A stretch of 64,000 nucleotides of DNA from an uncultured Candidatus Saccharibacteria bacterium (GCA_947085855.1 CAMTYB010000001.1:85788-149787); one strand, 5' to 3'; shown: positions 17,778 through 27,656, counted from the stretch's first letter. Made by a program: numbers and translations. Notes: generated by a model from the sequence alone, not told the origin.

Positions 17778-18212
17778 ATGACAAGATTACCGACACCTGG
17801 CGGAGATGACGGGACGTGGGGGACTGTTCTTAATGATTTTCTCAGTGTCAGCCATAACGCAGACGGCTCACTAAAAGATAGTTTGCACACCCCAGTACGC
17901 TTCAGTGCAGTTATTGCGACAGCTGGTCCAAGCGGCTCAGATCGAGCTCAAGCTATGCGCACAATCACGACTGCTAGAATGCGTGTCTCTACTGCGCCCA
18001 TTGGCACTGCCCTGACCGCAGAGGTGCAGACAAATAGCGGTGGCGGCTGGACTTCAGTTGCTACATTGAGCATTGCCAGCGGCTCAACTTCAGAGGCAGT
18101 AGCAACAATTAATGCCGTGCAATCCACTGGTAATTTATTACGTATTAATGTGACTTCCATTGGCTCCACGTCACCAGCTACTGGCGTTGTTGTAGATGTT
18201 CACTGGACATAG
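17778..18212 (+). CDS. Hypothetical protein with a tail-fibre-like N-terminal motif
   Basis: N terminus MTRLPTPGGDDGTWGTVLNDFLSVSHNADGSLK, then a Ser/Thr/Gly-rich region likely to be beta-rich. Its stop lies 2 nt before the next ATG, which suggests translational coupling. Confidence 0.65.
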   Translation: MTRLPTPGGDDGTWGTVLNDFLSVSHNADGSLKDSLHTPVRFSAVIATAGPSGSDRAQAMRTITTARMRVSTAPIGTALTAEVQTNSGGGWTSVATLSIASGSTSEAVATINAVQSTGNLLRINVTSIGSTSPATGVVVDVHWT

Positions 18213-18214
18213 GT

Positions 18215-19822
18215 ATGGCTACATACTATGTAAGTTCTACGGGCAATGATAGTAATGATGGGCTTAGTCAAAGTAGTGCTTGGTTAACCGTCGGAGAAAT
18301 ATACAACCATAGTTACGCAGCCGGCGACAGCATACTTTTGGAGGGAGGGCAAGTTTTCACTGGCCTTATTTACTTGGATAATACTAATTGCGCTGGCACA
18401 GTTGGTGATCCAGTAACAATTAGCTCTTATGGAAGCGGGAGGGCCACTGTTCAAAACACCGCTGGCACCACAATATATCTATATAACATCGGTGGTATTG
18501 AAATCGAAAATCTCATTTTGTCGGGCGTTAATGAGTTAAGCAATGCCTATAACACGAACAAGCAAGGCATTAGTCTCTATAATGATACCGCCAGTCGTTT
18601 CGAGCATATATATATCGACAACGTTGATATAAGCTATTTCACCCAAGGCATTTCTATGGGTGGCTGGCCAACTGCTGGCTACAGTGACGTACGCATTACG
18701 AATTCCGTACTCCACAACAATAAAAAGCTCGGTATCAGTACATATGGTTACGAGCCAATCAATCAGTTAAGCCCCGTGTATGCCAACGCAAACGTATACG
18801 TGGGTGGTGTTACTGTTCATACCACGAAGGGAGACCCAGATGATTTAGTCGTTAATTCTGGTAGCGGCATAGTCTTGGGGAGTGTAGATGGTGGTCTAAT
18901 TGAAAATTGCACAGCTTATAATAATGGCGAACTGTGCGCAGCCACGAATGGACCCTGTGGAATTTGGACCTATGATTCCAACAATGTTGTCATTCAAAAG
19001 TGCTTGAGTTACGGCAATAAAACAGGCGGAACTGCGGACGGGATTGGATTTGACCTAGACCAGAACACAACGAATTGTACCTTGCAATATAATCTTGCTT
19101 ACGACAACGATGGCCCTGGAATTTTGGTGTGTGGCACTGCGTCCTCTTCCTTGAACTATGGTAATACTGTTCGGTACAACGTAACATGGCGCAATTCTCG
19201 GCGCAACGGTTCATATGCGGAGTTATCGTATTACGTCCCCGGCGGCACGCTAAGTAACAGTAACGTATACAACAATACCTTCATTGCCTTCGACAACGGT
19301 GCGAATGTCTCGCCTGTGGTTTATGTTGAGGGTGGCATGTCCAATGTCGCATTCCGCAACAACGTATTTCTCCACACTGATAATGAAACGTGCGTACAAG
19401 CAACAACTGCCTACGCGGCAGGTCAAGCTCTCTTTCAAGGTAATAGCTATCAATCCGCCGGCAGCTATATCCGCTGGGGCGGATCAACATATGCTGATCT
19501 CAGTTCGTGGCAGATCGCCACTAACCAAGAAAAAGTTACTGGTACGCCTGTCGGAGTAGCTGGCGACCCCATGCTCGTTAGTCCGCTGACGAGTCCAGGA
19601 GTGACTGACTATGCCTCTATAACATCTGTAACAAATGTAATGCTGCAAGCAGGTTCACCCTTGATTGGTACTGGCTTGGATCTTAACGCTGGATTTGGCA
19701 TCAACCCTGGAAGCCGAGACTACTTTGGTCAAACGATTGCTGCGCCATATAGCATTGGAGCGCATCACGCCTCAAAGCAATCTGGCTGGACTCTAAGGGC
19801 GATCGCCTTCGGTACAAATTAA
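18215..19822 (+). CDS. Right-handed parallel beta-helix repeat protein (pectate-lyase fold; putative glycan-degrading or glycan-binding)
   Basis: N terminus YYVSSTGNDSNDGLSQSSAWLTV is typical of beta-helix proteins. Repeated short G/N-rich coils follow (NNKKLGIS, NSGSGIVLG, YNNGE, YGNKTGGTADGIGFD, YDNDGPGILV). Confidence 0.75.
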   Translation: MATYYVSSTGNDSNDGLSQSSAWLTVGEIYNHSYAAGDSILLEGGQVFTGLIYLDNTNCAGTVGDPVTISSYGSGRATVQNTAGTTIYLYNIGGIEIENLILSGVNELSNAYNTNKQGISLYNDTASRFEHIYIDNVDISYFTQGISMGGWPTAGYSDVRITNSVLHNNKKLGISTYGYEPINQLSPVYANANVYVGGVTVHTTKGDPDDLVVNSGSGIVLGSVDGGLIENCTAYNNGELCAATNGPCGIWTYDSNNVVIQKCLSYGNKTGGTADGIGFDLDQNTTNCTLQYNLAYDNDGPGILVCGTASSSLNYGNTVRYNVTWRNSRRNGSYAELSYYVPGGTLSNSNVYNNTFIAFDNGANVSPVVYVEGGMSNVAFRNNVFLHTDNETCVQATTAYAAGQALFQGNSYQSAGSYIRWGGSTYADLSSWQIATNQEKVTGTPVGVAGDPMLVSPLTSPGVTDYASITSVTNVMLQAGSPLIGTGLDLNAGFGINPGSRDYFGQTIAAPYSIGAHHASKQSGWTLRAIAFGTN

Positions 19823-19835
19823 ACACCTGCTTAAT

Positions 19836-19912
19836 TTTGGCCCGGACTGAGGGGTGGAGCTTCCCCCGTCTGACTGCTCGTCGCTTCTCCGCTTCGCCGA
19901 ACCTTGTTCAAA
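19836..19912 (-). repeat. Island-boundary repeat, copy B
   Basis: Shares the identical 16-mer (19877-19892) and 10-mer (19895-19904) with copy A, plus a related hairpin. Read on the - strand, it ends ...GGGGGAAGCTCCACCCCTC-AGTCCGG-G-CCA. That end matches no tRNA in this window. Confidence 0.7.
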
Positions 19913-19922
19913 TATTCCTTAT

Positions 19923-19967
19923 CCAAAACAAGCTCGACCAACGGGCATGTTGCCCATTGTCCGAGCT
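19923..19967 (-). terminator. Rho-independent terminator downstream of tRNA-Gln
   Basis: On the - strand: AAGCTCGGACAATGGGCAACATGCCCGTTGGTCGAGCTT followed by GTTTTGG. Confidence 0.6.
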
Positions 19968-20042
19968 TGGCTGGGGCGGAGGGATTCGAACCCCCGAATG
20001 CATGGACCAAAACCATGTGCCTTACCACTTGGCCACGCCCCA
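19968..20042 (-). tRNA. tRNA-Gln (anticodon UUG), CCA encoded
   Basis: Manual cloverleaf: acceptor TGGGGCG/CGCCCCA, D arm GGCCAAGTGGTAAGGC, anticodon stem CATGG/CCATG with loop TTTTGGT, T arm GGGGGTTCGAATCCCTC, discriminator G, then CCA. Confidence 0.9.
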
Positions 20043-20117
20043 TCAGGGAAGAACAGCTTGCATTGTAGCAATTTTGGCTCTAAAAACCAAGGATAGCGTA
20101 TACTGTTAAAAAAGCTT

Positions 20118-21017
20118 ATGCGTGTCATAGATCCCAAGCAGCCACAGCGGCAATCCTTCTCTAGTGCACCGCGTCGATCTGGAAGACGTTGGCACAGCAA
20201 ACGACGCCTGTCGCTCGTAGTTTTTGGACTACTGTTTATTGGGGGAGGGGTGGCCAGTTATTTGCTTGTGTCCGACACCTCGCCGATTAGTCAAGGTAGC
20301 GAAGCCAACAATACTCAGGCGAGCACAGTAGTTAATCAGAATTTACAGACCACACCAAAAAAAGGGACGTTGAGAATTTTTACGGGCGAGCAGTTTCGAG
20401 ATACGTATGATAATTTTGCTTACCCAAATACCGCCTTTATTAATGAAAATACAGCGATTACTGGCGATGTGGCGGCTGATCAGCGAATCAAGACGTTGGC
20501 CGAGAGTCGCGGCTACAAGCGACGCAGTGCACCGGTAACCAATACGTTCACCGACGTCGGCAAGGGCTATATGCTGCAGCAGCGTGCTGCGCAGCCATGG
20601 CTCGATGTGCAAGCCGCAGCCAAGCCGGCCGGCATTAACTTAGGATTAACTGCAGCCTACCGATCGGCAGACGAGCAGAAGCAAATATTTTTACAGCGCT
20701 TGGCCGCTCAAAATATTCAGATTGCCACTATTGCCTCAGGTGCCCATGACGCTCAAATTAATCAGGTTTTGCGGACCACCGCCATTCCGGGCTATTCGCG
20801 TCACCACACCGGTTATACAGTGGATATATCGTGCGAGAATCAGGCGCGTAGTGCGTTCGAGAATACCGTATGTTTTCAGTGGCTCAGTGCCAATAATTAC
20901 GAAAATGCCAAAAAGCATGGCTGGATACCCAGCTACCCAGAAGGTGCCGGCCAGCAAGGTCCGGACCCCGAATCATGGGAATATGTCTGGATAGGCATTG
21001 ACACAGTTACCGAATAA
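20118..21017 (+). CDS. M15-family D-alanyl-D-alanine carboxypeptidase (VanY-like), membrane anchored
   Basis: N-terminal TM LSLVVFGLLFIGGGVASYLLV. Motifs YRSADEQKQIF, PGYSRHHTGYTVDI and NAKKHGWIPSYPEG are typical of VanY/M15B. Confidence 0.8.
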   Translation: MRVIDPKQPQRQSFSSAPRRSGRRWHSKRRLSLVVFGLLFIGGGVASYLLVSDTSPISQGSEANNTQASTVVNQNLQTTPKKGTLRIFTGEQFRDTYDNFAYPNTAFINENTAITGDVAADQRIKTLAESRGYKRRSAPVTNTFTDVGKGYMLQQRAAQPWLDVQAAAKPAGINLGLTAAYRSADEQKQIFLQRLAAQNIQIATIASGAHDAQINQVLRTTAIPGYSRHHTGYTVDISCENQARSAFENTVCFQWLSANNYENAKKHGWIPSYPEGAGQQGPDPESWEYVWIGIDTVTE

Positions 21018-21094
21018 AACCGTCCAGATAAACCCAGCAGTTTGGCACTAGCGTTACGAATATTCTATACTAGGCGCTCGGAAGGCCTATAATC

Positions 21095-21922
21095 ATGCAC
21101 GAAAATTACCCTGAACTTGTTAAAACAATGCTTCTTTCTGATACCTACTGGCAGCTGAACAGTATCGGCGCTCAATCAGAAGAGGGAATTCAGATATACG
21201 AAACACCGTTTGGCCTAAGTGCACAAAGATTATACTTCAACAAAGATCTCATTCATGGGCTCACCTCATCGGTGGCTGCCACTCGGCCAGGTGATGACAG
21301 CATGGAACTTCCGTTTGGCTCTACCTTGCCCACCACCAGCGAACGTCAATATTTGAAATTAGTAATTGACGAGAAAACCACCTTTCCTAAGCTCTCGATA
21401 CCAGGACTGTTCCACGCTGTCCAACACAGACACAGAGAACTCTCCATCCAATCACAGAGTCCTGAGGACATAGCGCATTATAGCTTTGAAGGTCAGCTCA
21501 AAGATATTCATGAGACTGATCGTCCAGACTATGGCATGGCTTACGTAGCAGCGTCTGCAAGTTTATTTAGATTTGCTCGCTGTTCGCGGAGTGTCCAGTA
21601 CGCCAAAACTATACCTAACGATAACCGATTATTTACAATGGGCGCTAATGCGATCAGACATGTCGAGGACCTCATGCAAGAGGAAGACTACGATGCGCCT
21701 TCTCAACCGCTTGGTGAGCCTATGTTCCCACACAAGGTAGGCGAGGTTTTTGTGGAAGAATTTAAGAGTATGATTAATGCCCGCCGCATAGTGGAAGCCC
21801 ACTTAGTTGAACCGAGCGGGGTATTTTGGAAAACTCGTCGAGGAAACAGTCGACCACAAAATGACGAAAAGAAGCTAGGCTTGGCCGACCGCTTTATGCC
21901 CGGCCTTAGTCGCGCGAGCTAG
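21095..21922 (+). CDS. Hypothetical protein
   Basis: 275 aa ORF with no motif recognised. Confidence 0.55.
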   Translation: MHENYPELVKTMLLSDTYWQLNSIGAQSEEGIQIYETPFGLSAQRLYFNKDLIHGLTSSVAATRPGDDSMELPFGSTLPTTSERQYLKLVIDEKTTFPKLSIPGLFHAVQHRHRELSIQSQSPEDIAHYSFEGQLKDIHETDRPDYGMAYVAASASLFRFARCSRSVQYAKTIPNDNRLFTMGANAIRHVEDLMQEEDYDAPSQPLGEPMFPHKVGEVFVEEFKSMINARRIVEAHLVEPSGVFWKTRRGNSRPQNDEKKLGLADRFMPGLSRAS

Positions 21923-21951
21923 CCTATTTTCCACGACATTTTGACCGACAA

Positions 21952-21981
21952 TTGACATAGTAGATGAATACGTTTCATAAT
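21952..21981 (+). promoter_or_regulatory. Sigma-70-type promoter: TTGACA, 18 nt spacer, CATAAT, 8 nt before ATG 21990
   Basis: Read directly from the sequence. No SD, so a leaderless start is implied. Confidence 0.5.
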
Positions 21982-21989
21982 TTATAGAT

Positions 21990-22907
21990 ATGGCACAATC
22001 AAAAATTCAGAAGTATACTCGGCCACTGCATATCAACGGCATGGACGGACGCCAATTACGCCTACCAGCTCCATCTGGGAAAAAGCAAGAAATTCTCTTG
22101 CTGTACGGTCATCACGCCAGCATTGAGCGTATGTCTGGTCTAGCCCAAGTCCTTAACTCACACGGTGCCGTAACCCTGCCAGATCTTCCAGGCTTTGGGG
22201 GGATGGACAGCTTCTATAAGATTGGCGAAAAGCCAACGTTGGACAATTACGCCGACTACCTGGCTTCGCTCATCAAGCTGTACTACAAGCGACGCAAGTT
22301 CACTATTGTAGCAATGTCCTTTTCGGTACCGCTCGTCATCTACACACTCCAGAAATACCCTGAGCTTTCTAAGAAAGTGAAGGGCTTCGTAAGCTTAGCT
22401 GGTTTTGTGCATCGCGATGACTTTACCTTTAACTTTCGAGAATACTGGGGTCTTCGGACACTCGGCTTTGTCTTTTCGCGCCGAATCCCAGCTTTTCTAG
22501 TTCGGCACACCTTACTAACAAGGCCGGTTATTACTGCTAGTTACCGACTGGTAGCTGGAAGCCATGCCAAGATGAAAGATGCCGATGCATTGGAGCTCAA
22601 GAAGCGAATTGCCTTTGAAGTCGGCTTATGGCAAATGAATGATGTCCGCACTCGCATGAAGACCTACTCTGTTATGCTGACGATTGATGCTTGCAAGAGC
22701 GGATCAGTTAACGTACCTGCTTACCACATCACAACTGCCGAAGATCGCTACTTTGACCATGCAATTGTTGAGCAGCACTTGCGCGTCATCTTTCCAACCC
22801 TCGAAGTCATACCTAGCAAGATAGCTAATCACGCACCGACTATTATTGCCACTGCCAAAGAGGCCGAGGTCTACATACCCAAGCGCCTACGCGCCGTACT
22901 TGGCTAA
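21990..22907 (+). CDS. Alpha/beta hydrolase fold protein
   Basis: ILLLYGHHASIERMSGLAQVL...LPDLPGFGGMDS is the typical N-terminal alpha/beta-hydrolase pattern. The nucleophile elbow is atypical (VAMSFS). Confidence 0.65.
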   Translation: MAQSKIQKYTRPLHINGMDGRQLRLPAPSGKKQEILLLYGHHASIERMSGLAQVLNSHGAVTLPDLPGFGGMDSFYKIGEKPTLDNYADYLASLIKLYYKRRKFTIVAMSFSVPLVIYTLQKYPELSKKVKGFVSLAGFVHRDDFTFNFREYWGLRTLGFVFSRRIPAFLVRHTLLTRPVITASYRLVAGSHAKMKDADALELKKRIAFEVGLWQMNDVRTRMKTYSVMLTIDACKSGSVNVPAYHITTAEDRYFDHAIVEQHLRVIFPTLEVIPSKIANHAPTIIATAKEAEVYIPKRLRAVLG

Positions 22908-22911
22908 ATCT

Positions 22912-23670
22912 CTAGTTAACAATAGATCGAATATCGAGGCTTTGAGGGTCAGCGCCAAGAAACATAAGCGCTTGACGATTGTGAGGCGGACAGCCAGCTG
23001 GTAGACCAATGAAAGTAGCGATCTGCACAATTGTGCGGCGGGGGTTGAAAACAGCATGAGGATCACCAAAACGTGGTCCAATCTGTCTGTCAGATGAAGC
23101 GGCAGTGGTAATAGTAGCAGTAGGTTCCGGCTGATAGCGATATTCGTTGTAATCGGCGTCAAAGACATCAGTCAAAACACCTGGCCTCTGGCCGAGTACG
23201 CCGATTTTTTGCAACTGCATACTATGCGATAGGCCGAGTAGGCTCAAGCTACCGGCAAACGGAACAATTGTGTGCGGCTTATTGCGAGGCTTCTCTGTAT
23301 CGATAGATGCAATAGTAAGGTGAGCTTCGGAATCCATGCCAGCTTTGGAGCGTGGCACTACCTTGGGATCGTTTGGATATCGGGCGGTTGTGTCTATATC
23401 TGCTAACTCATAGGCAGACTCGTCACCGGTACCATCCTGTGGACCAAAGACAATTGTATAAGCATCGGCGATTTGTTCGCCCCGAAAATGCACCGGCGTA
23501 ACACTGCGAGCGGAATTGGGTTTTTCTGGAGTGAGCTTGAGGTCAGCTGCCTGATTTGGGTCAATTTCGACCGTGCCGTGACTCAGTTTGTAGTAAGCGG
23601 GCATAAACTCAGCAACTGTATCTTGCATGATACTTAAATCAATACCGGCTACTTCAGGATTGAGGCTCAT
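22912..23670 (-). CDS. Hypothetical protein
   Basis: 252 aa ORF with no motif recognised. Confidence 0.55.
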   Translation of the reverse strand: MSLNPEVAGIDLSIMQDTVAEFMPAYYKLSHGTVEIDPNQAADLKLTPEKPNSARSVTPVHFRGEQIADAYTIVFGPQDGTGDESAYELADIDTTARYPNDPKVVPRSKAGMDSEAHLTIASIDTEKPRNKPHTIVPFAGSLSLLGLSHSMQLQKIGVLGQRPGVLTDVFDADYNEYRYQPEPTATITTAASSDRQIGPRFGDPHAVFNPRRTIVQIATFIGLPAGCPPHNRQALMFLGADPQSLDIRSIVN

Positions 23671-23736
23671 TATGTTTGTATTATATCATAAAAAGCCACA
23701 CTTAGTCAATAGCATAAGCATGTTGAAAGCTTAAAA

Positions 23737-23745
23737 TGCTATAGT
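23737..23745 (+). promoter_or_regulatory. Extended -10 element TGCTATAGT, 7 nt upstream of the pgi ATG
   Basis: Same architecture as the other TGCTAyAAT elements. No SD. Confidence 0.4.
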
Positions 23746-23752
23746 TAATAGC

Positions 23753-25405
23753 ATGCAAACCGATGCCAGTCCGCAACCGCAAAATCCGACCAACTTACCG
23801 ATCTGGCAACAACTCATCGCTACCCAAAAATCCTTCCCAAAAACTCGCTTGCAGGAGCTGTTTGCCACCGACCCGGGTCGTGGCCAACGACTTAATGTTA
23901 CAGCTGGCGACATTTACCTGGACTATTCAAAGAACTTATTAAACGACGAGATCCTGCAATCACTTATCGAGCTGGCTCGGCAACAAGGCATTGAGGCCAT
24001 GCGCGACGCCATGTTTAGTGGGAAACCAATTAACCTGACAGAGAATCGCGCGGTTTTGCACACTGCGCTGCGGGCACCGGCCGATAGCCAGCTTGAATTA
24101 GCTGGCCACAATATAATTCCTGATGTCTACCAGGTACTGCAACGGATGTCAGACATAAGTCAGCAGATTCGATCCGGTCAATGGCTTGGCCATACCGGCA
24201 AACCGGTTAAAAATATCATCAACATTGGCATTGGCGGCTCCGACCTTGGTCCAGTTATGGCTACCGAGGCTTTGAAAGCTTATAGTCAGCGCAGCCTCAA
24301 CGTGCGGTTTATATCAAATATTGATGCTACCGATTTTGTTGAGAAAACTCAGGACCTTGACCCGGCAGAAACGTTATTTATTGTCGCGTCCAAGACCTTT
24401 ACAACCGATGAGACTATGACGAATGCCGAATCAGCTCGACAATGGATTATTGGCGAGCTAGGAGACAGTGCAGCGGTTGCACGCCATTTCGTAGCATTAT
24501 CTACCAATCGCGATCAGGTTTCGGCCTTTGGCATCGACCCTAACAATATGTTTGAATTTTGGGATTGGGTGGGCGGCCGCTACTCCATGACCAGCGCTAT
24601 CGGTTTGTCGATCATGATTGCCATTGGCACAGATAATTTTATGGATATGTTGCACGGCTTCCATGCCATGGATGAGCACTTCAAAACCACTCCGCTGGAG
24701 CAAAATATGCCCGTTATACTAGCTCTCATCAGTCTGTGGTACAGCAATTTCTGGGGCACCCAATCGGAGGCAGTTTTGCCGTATGAGCAATACCTACACC
24801 GACTACCAGCTTACCTACAGCAAGCCAGCATGGAGAGCAATGGCAAGTGGATTGATCGCCAAGGCAAGCCCGTCACATACACTACTGGTAGCGTTATATG
24901 GGGCGAACCTGGCACTAACGGACAGCACGCCTTTTACCAGCTGCTGCATCAAGGCACAGTCTTGGTTCCGTGCGACTTTATTGGCTTCCAAGAGTCAAAC
25001 AATGAGTCAAGCAATACACAGGGAACGCATCACGACAAATTGATCGCTAACATGCTCGCTCAAACCGAAGCTCTGGCCTTTGGCAAACCAGCGAGCGACG
25101 TTGCCAAAGATAACGTACCAGACACGCTTGTGCCGCATAAGACTTTCTATGGCAATCGACCGAGCAATACGCTGCTTATCAGTAAACTGACCCCGAATAC
25201 CTTAGGTCAGCTGATTGCACTGTATGAGCACAAGATTTTTGTACAAGGGGTGATTTGGAATATTAACTCCTTTGACCAGTGGGGCGTTGAGCTCGGCAAA
25301 ATACTGGCCAAACAGATATACGGCGAGCTGACTGGGCAACCACCGGCGCCACACGACAGTTCAACGACAACACTCATGCAGCGCTACAAAAACTCGTCAA
25401 AATAA
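23753..25405 (+). CDS. pgi: Glucose-6-phosphate isomerase
   Basis: 550 aa. Motifs [30 protein letters not shown] and SMESNGK are diagnostic PGI signatures. Confidence 0.95.
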   Translation: MQTDASPQPQNPTNLPIWQQLIATQKSFPKTRLQELFATDPGRGQRLNVTAGDIYLDYSKNLLNDEILQSLIELARQQGIEAMRDAMFSGKPINLTENRAVLHTALRAPADSQLELAGHNIIPDVYQVLQRMSDISQQIRSGQWLGHTGKPVKNIINIGIGGSDLGPVMATEALKAYSQRSLNVRFISNIDATDFVEKTQDLDPAETLFIVASKTFTTDETMTNAESARQWIIGELGDSAAVARHFVALSTNRDQVSAFGIDPNNMFEFWDWVGGRYSMTSAIGLSIMIAIGTDNFMDMLHGFHAMDEHFKTTPLEQNMPVILALISLWYSNFWGTQSEAVLPYEQYLHRLPAYLQQASMESNGKWIDRQGKPVTYTTGSVIWGEPGTNGQHAFYQLLHQGTVLVPCDFIGFQESNNESSNTQGTHHDKLIANMLAQTEALAFGKPASDVAKDNVPDTLVPHKTFYGNRPSNTLLISKLTPNTLGQLIALYEHKIFVQGVIWNINSFDQWGVELGKILAKQIYGELTGQPPAPHDSSTTTLMQRYKNSSK

Positions 25406-25441
25406 TCGACAGATTGCGCCCCAATACCGTACACTTTTGAT

Positions 25442-26125
25442 ATGAAATATGTGTGCACACCGCCGGATCAGGCAATACGTCAGATTGCGCAAGCCATAAA
25501 TCGAGCGCTTGAAAAGGGTAGTGTGCTCTTATTGCTCTCGGGCGGTTCAAACATTAAAAACGCCGTCGCTATCCAGCAGCAGCTGAATCTGGGAAACAGT
25601 CGGCTGACTGTCAGCCTTGTTGACGAGCGTTATGGCGACATTGGACATGCCGATTCGAACTGGCAACAACTCCTTGAAGCCGGCTTTGACACCAGCGGAG
25701 TGCGGGTAATTCCAGTGCTCACCGGCGAGGCGCCAGAGCAGACGGCTGACGCCTTTGGCGCAGCGTTGAGTTATGCGTTCCAGAATCACGATACTGTCAT
25801 CGGCATGCTTGGCATGGGAGCGGATGGTCATACCTCTGGCATTTTGCCCGATAGTCTAGCCGTGGCTGCTACCGACTTGGTTGTGCACTATCAAGGACCA
25901 GATCATCAACGCATTACCACCACGCCAGTGGCACTACAACACCTTGATACGGCGTTTTTAGTGGCTTACGGCGATAATAAGCGAACACAGCTAGAAACAC
26001 TGTTACATGAAAGCGTACCGATTACCGAGCAACCCGTCCAGCTCCTTAAGCAACTATCTGATGTTCGGATTTATTCTGACCAGCCAATTCCAATCCAACT
26101 AGATGAGACCCTCGACAATGCCTAA
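25442..26125 (+). CDS. pgl: 6-phosphogluconolactonase
   Basis: LLLSGGSN, VDERY and LGMGADGHTSGILP motifs. Located between pgi and zwf. Confidence 0.85.
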   Translation: MKYVCTPPDQAIRQIAQAINRALEKGSVLLLLSGGSNIKNAVAIQQQLNLGNSRLTVSLVDERYGDIGHADSNWQQLLEAGFDTSGVRVIPVLTGEAPEQTADAFGAALSYAFQNHDTVIGMLGMGADGHTSGILPDSLAVAATDLVVHYQGPDHQRITTTPVALQHLDTAFLVAYGDNKRTQLETLLHESVPITEQPVQLLKQLSDVRIYSDQPIPIQLDETLDNA

Positions 26126-27629
26126 GCAAGACGCACCACACACACAACATGATGGCATTTTTGTTATTTTTGGTATTACCGGCGACCTCGCCAAGCGGAA
26201 GTTGATCCCATCTCTGTATAAGCTGATTAAACTCGGTGTCATCTCGGAGGATTTCCACATTCTCGGTACCACTCGCAAGCATACAACCACAGAGGAAGTG
26301 TTGGATGATTTACGTGCAGCTCTTAAAGAAGCTGACGAGCCAGTAGACGAGGCAGCGCTCACGCAATTTGCCAGCCGACTCACGATGGTCAATATGGACA
26401 TAGGCAAGCAAGAAGACTATGCAATTTTGAAGCAGGCCCTCCAGAAGACGGAGCATAGCATTAAGAAATCGGTGAACTATCTGTACTACCTGGCAGTACC
26501 GCCAGCCATGTTTGATCCGATTGTAGCCAGCTTGCATGCCCATGCCCTCCACAACCCGTCAGACAGCTCCACAACAGCTAGCGAGCGCCGCTTACTCATC
26601 GAAAAGCCGTTTGGCTACGACACAGCATCGGCAATTGAATTGATTCGGCAGATGGAGCATAGCTTTACCGAACGCTCGATCTATCGTGTAGATCACTACT
26701 TGGCCAAAGAAACTGCCCAGAATATTTTGACCTTCCGCTTCCATAACCCTATGTTTGAGGCTGTATGGAATTGCCACTCGATTGATCACATTATGATTAC
26801 TGCCGCTGAAAAAATTGGCATTGAGGGTAGAGTTAACTTCTACGAAAATACCGGTGCCTTGCGCGATCTGATTCAAAGTCATTTGCTGCAACTGTTGGCT
26901 CTGGTGACAATGGAAGAGCCGGAAGATCGGACGGCCCCATCAATTCACAAAGCCAAATTAGCGCTCCTCGACTCTATTCCAGCCATTAACGCCCAAGAAG
27001 TAGCAAAGCGGGCCGTCCGCGGTCAATACGAAGGCTACCGCTCTGAAGTTGGTGATCCCCAAACTCACACCGAGACATTCGCCGCCATACGTCTCGACAT
27101 CGACAACGAACGCTGGAAAGGCGTGCCGATCCTCCTCCGTACAGGCAAAGCCATGGCTCAGAAAGTTACCGAAATCAGCCTCATCTTCAAACCACGAGGC
27201 AAGCAAAGCAAAGACCGCAACGCCCTCACTATCCGCATCCAGCCCAAAGAGGGCATTGTCATGAGTCTACGCGCCAAAAAGCCATCGCTACGTGATGACA
27301 CCGAAATGGTACAAATGGCCTTCAATTATCATCAATCATTTAGCGACGAAGTTCAGCCAGATGCCTACGAGCGCGTATTGATTGACGCCATCCGCGGCGA
27401 TAAAACACTATTCACGACCGATGAAGAGGTTTTGTCTTCATGGCGCATTATCGAAACAGTGCTACGAGCCTGGGAAGCCGACGGTGGGAGCCTCGAAAGT
27501 TACGAACAGGCCAGCTGGGGTCCTGCCGGGGCTGATAGGCTTGCCAGTGACGCGGGCGCTCAGTGGCTAACCAATCAACTCCACATCCATAAACCTTCTA
27601 ACGAACCCTCGGATACTGCCCAACACTAG
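26118..27629 (+). CDS. zwf: Glucose-6-phosphate 1-dehydrogenase
   Basis: FVIFGITGDLAKRKLIPSLY (NADP site), RVDHYLAKE and EKPFG motifs. ATG 26118 overlaps the pgl stop (ATGCCTAA), which suggests translational coupling. The track start at 26103 is also possible. Confidence 0.93.
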   Translation: MPKQDAPHTQHDGIFVIFGITGDLAKRKLIPSLYKLIKLGVISEDFHILGTTRKHTTTEEVLDDLRAALKEADEPVDEAALTQFASRLTMVNMDIGKQEDYAILKQALQKTEHSIKKSVNYLYYLAVPPAMFDPIVASLHAHALHNPSDSSTTASERRLLIEKPFGYDTASAIELIRQMEHSFTERSIYRVDHYLAKETAQNILTFRFHNPMFEAVWNCHSIDHIMITAAEKIGIEGRVNFYENTGALRDLIQSHLLQLLALVTMEEPEDRTAPSIHKAKLALLDSIPAINAQEVAKRAVRGQYEGYRSEVGDPQTHTETFAAIRLDIDNERWKGVPILLRTGKAMAQKVTEISLIFKPRGKQSKDRNALTIRIQPKEGIVMSLRAKKPSLRDDTEMVQMAFNYHQSFSDEVQPDAYERVLIDAIRGDKTLFTTDEEVLSSWRIIETVLRAWEADGGSLESYEQASWGPAGADRLASDAGAQWLTNQLHIHKPSNEPSDTAQH

Positions 27630-27656
27630 ACGGTTGGGGCGCTACTTTTAAAAGCG

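Noticed and set aside
19831-20200. Four overlapping 70-93 aa ORFs on both strands
   Set aside because: They cover tRNA-Gln, its terminator and repeat copy B. The region is explained by RNA and repeat features.
26103-26125. The pgl/zwf overlap, considered as a possible frameshift or fusion
   Set aside because: Both ORFs are complete with their own motifs. The ATGCCTAA arrangement, with a start inside the upstream stop region, is ordinary translational coupling.
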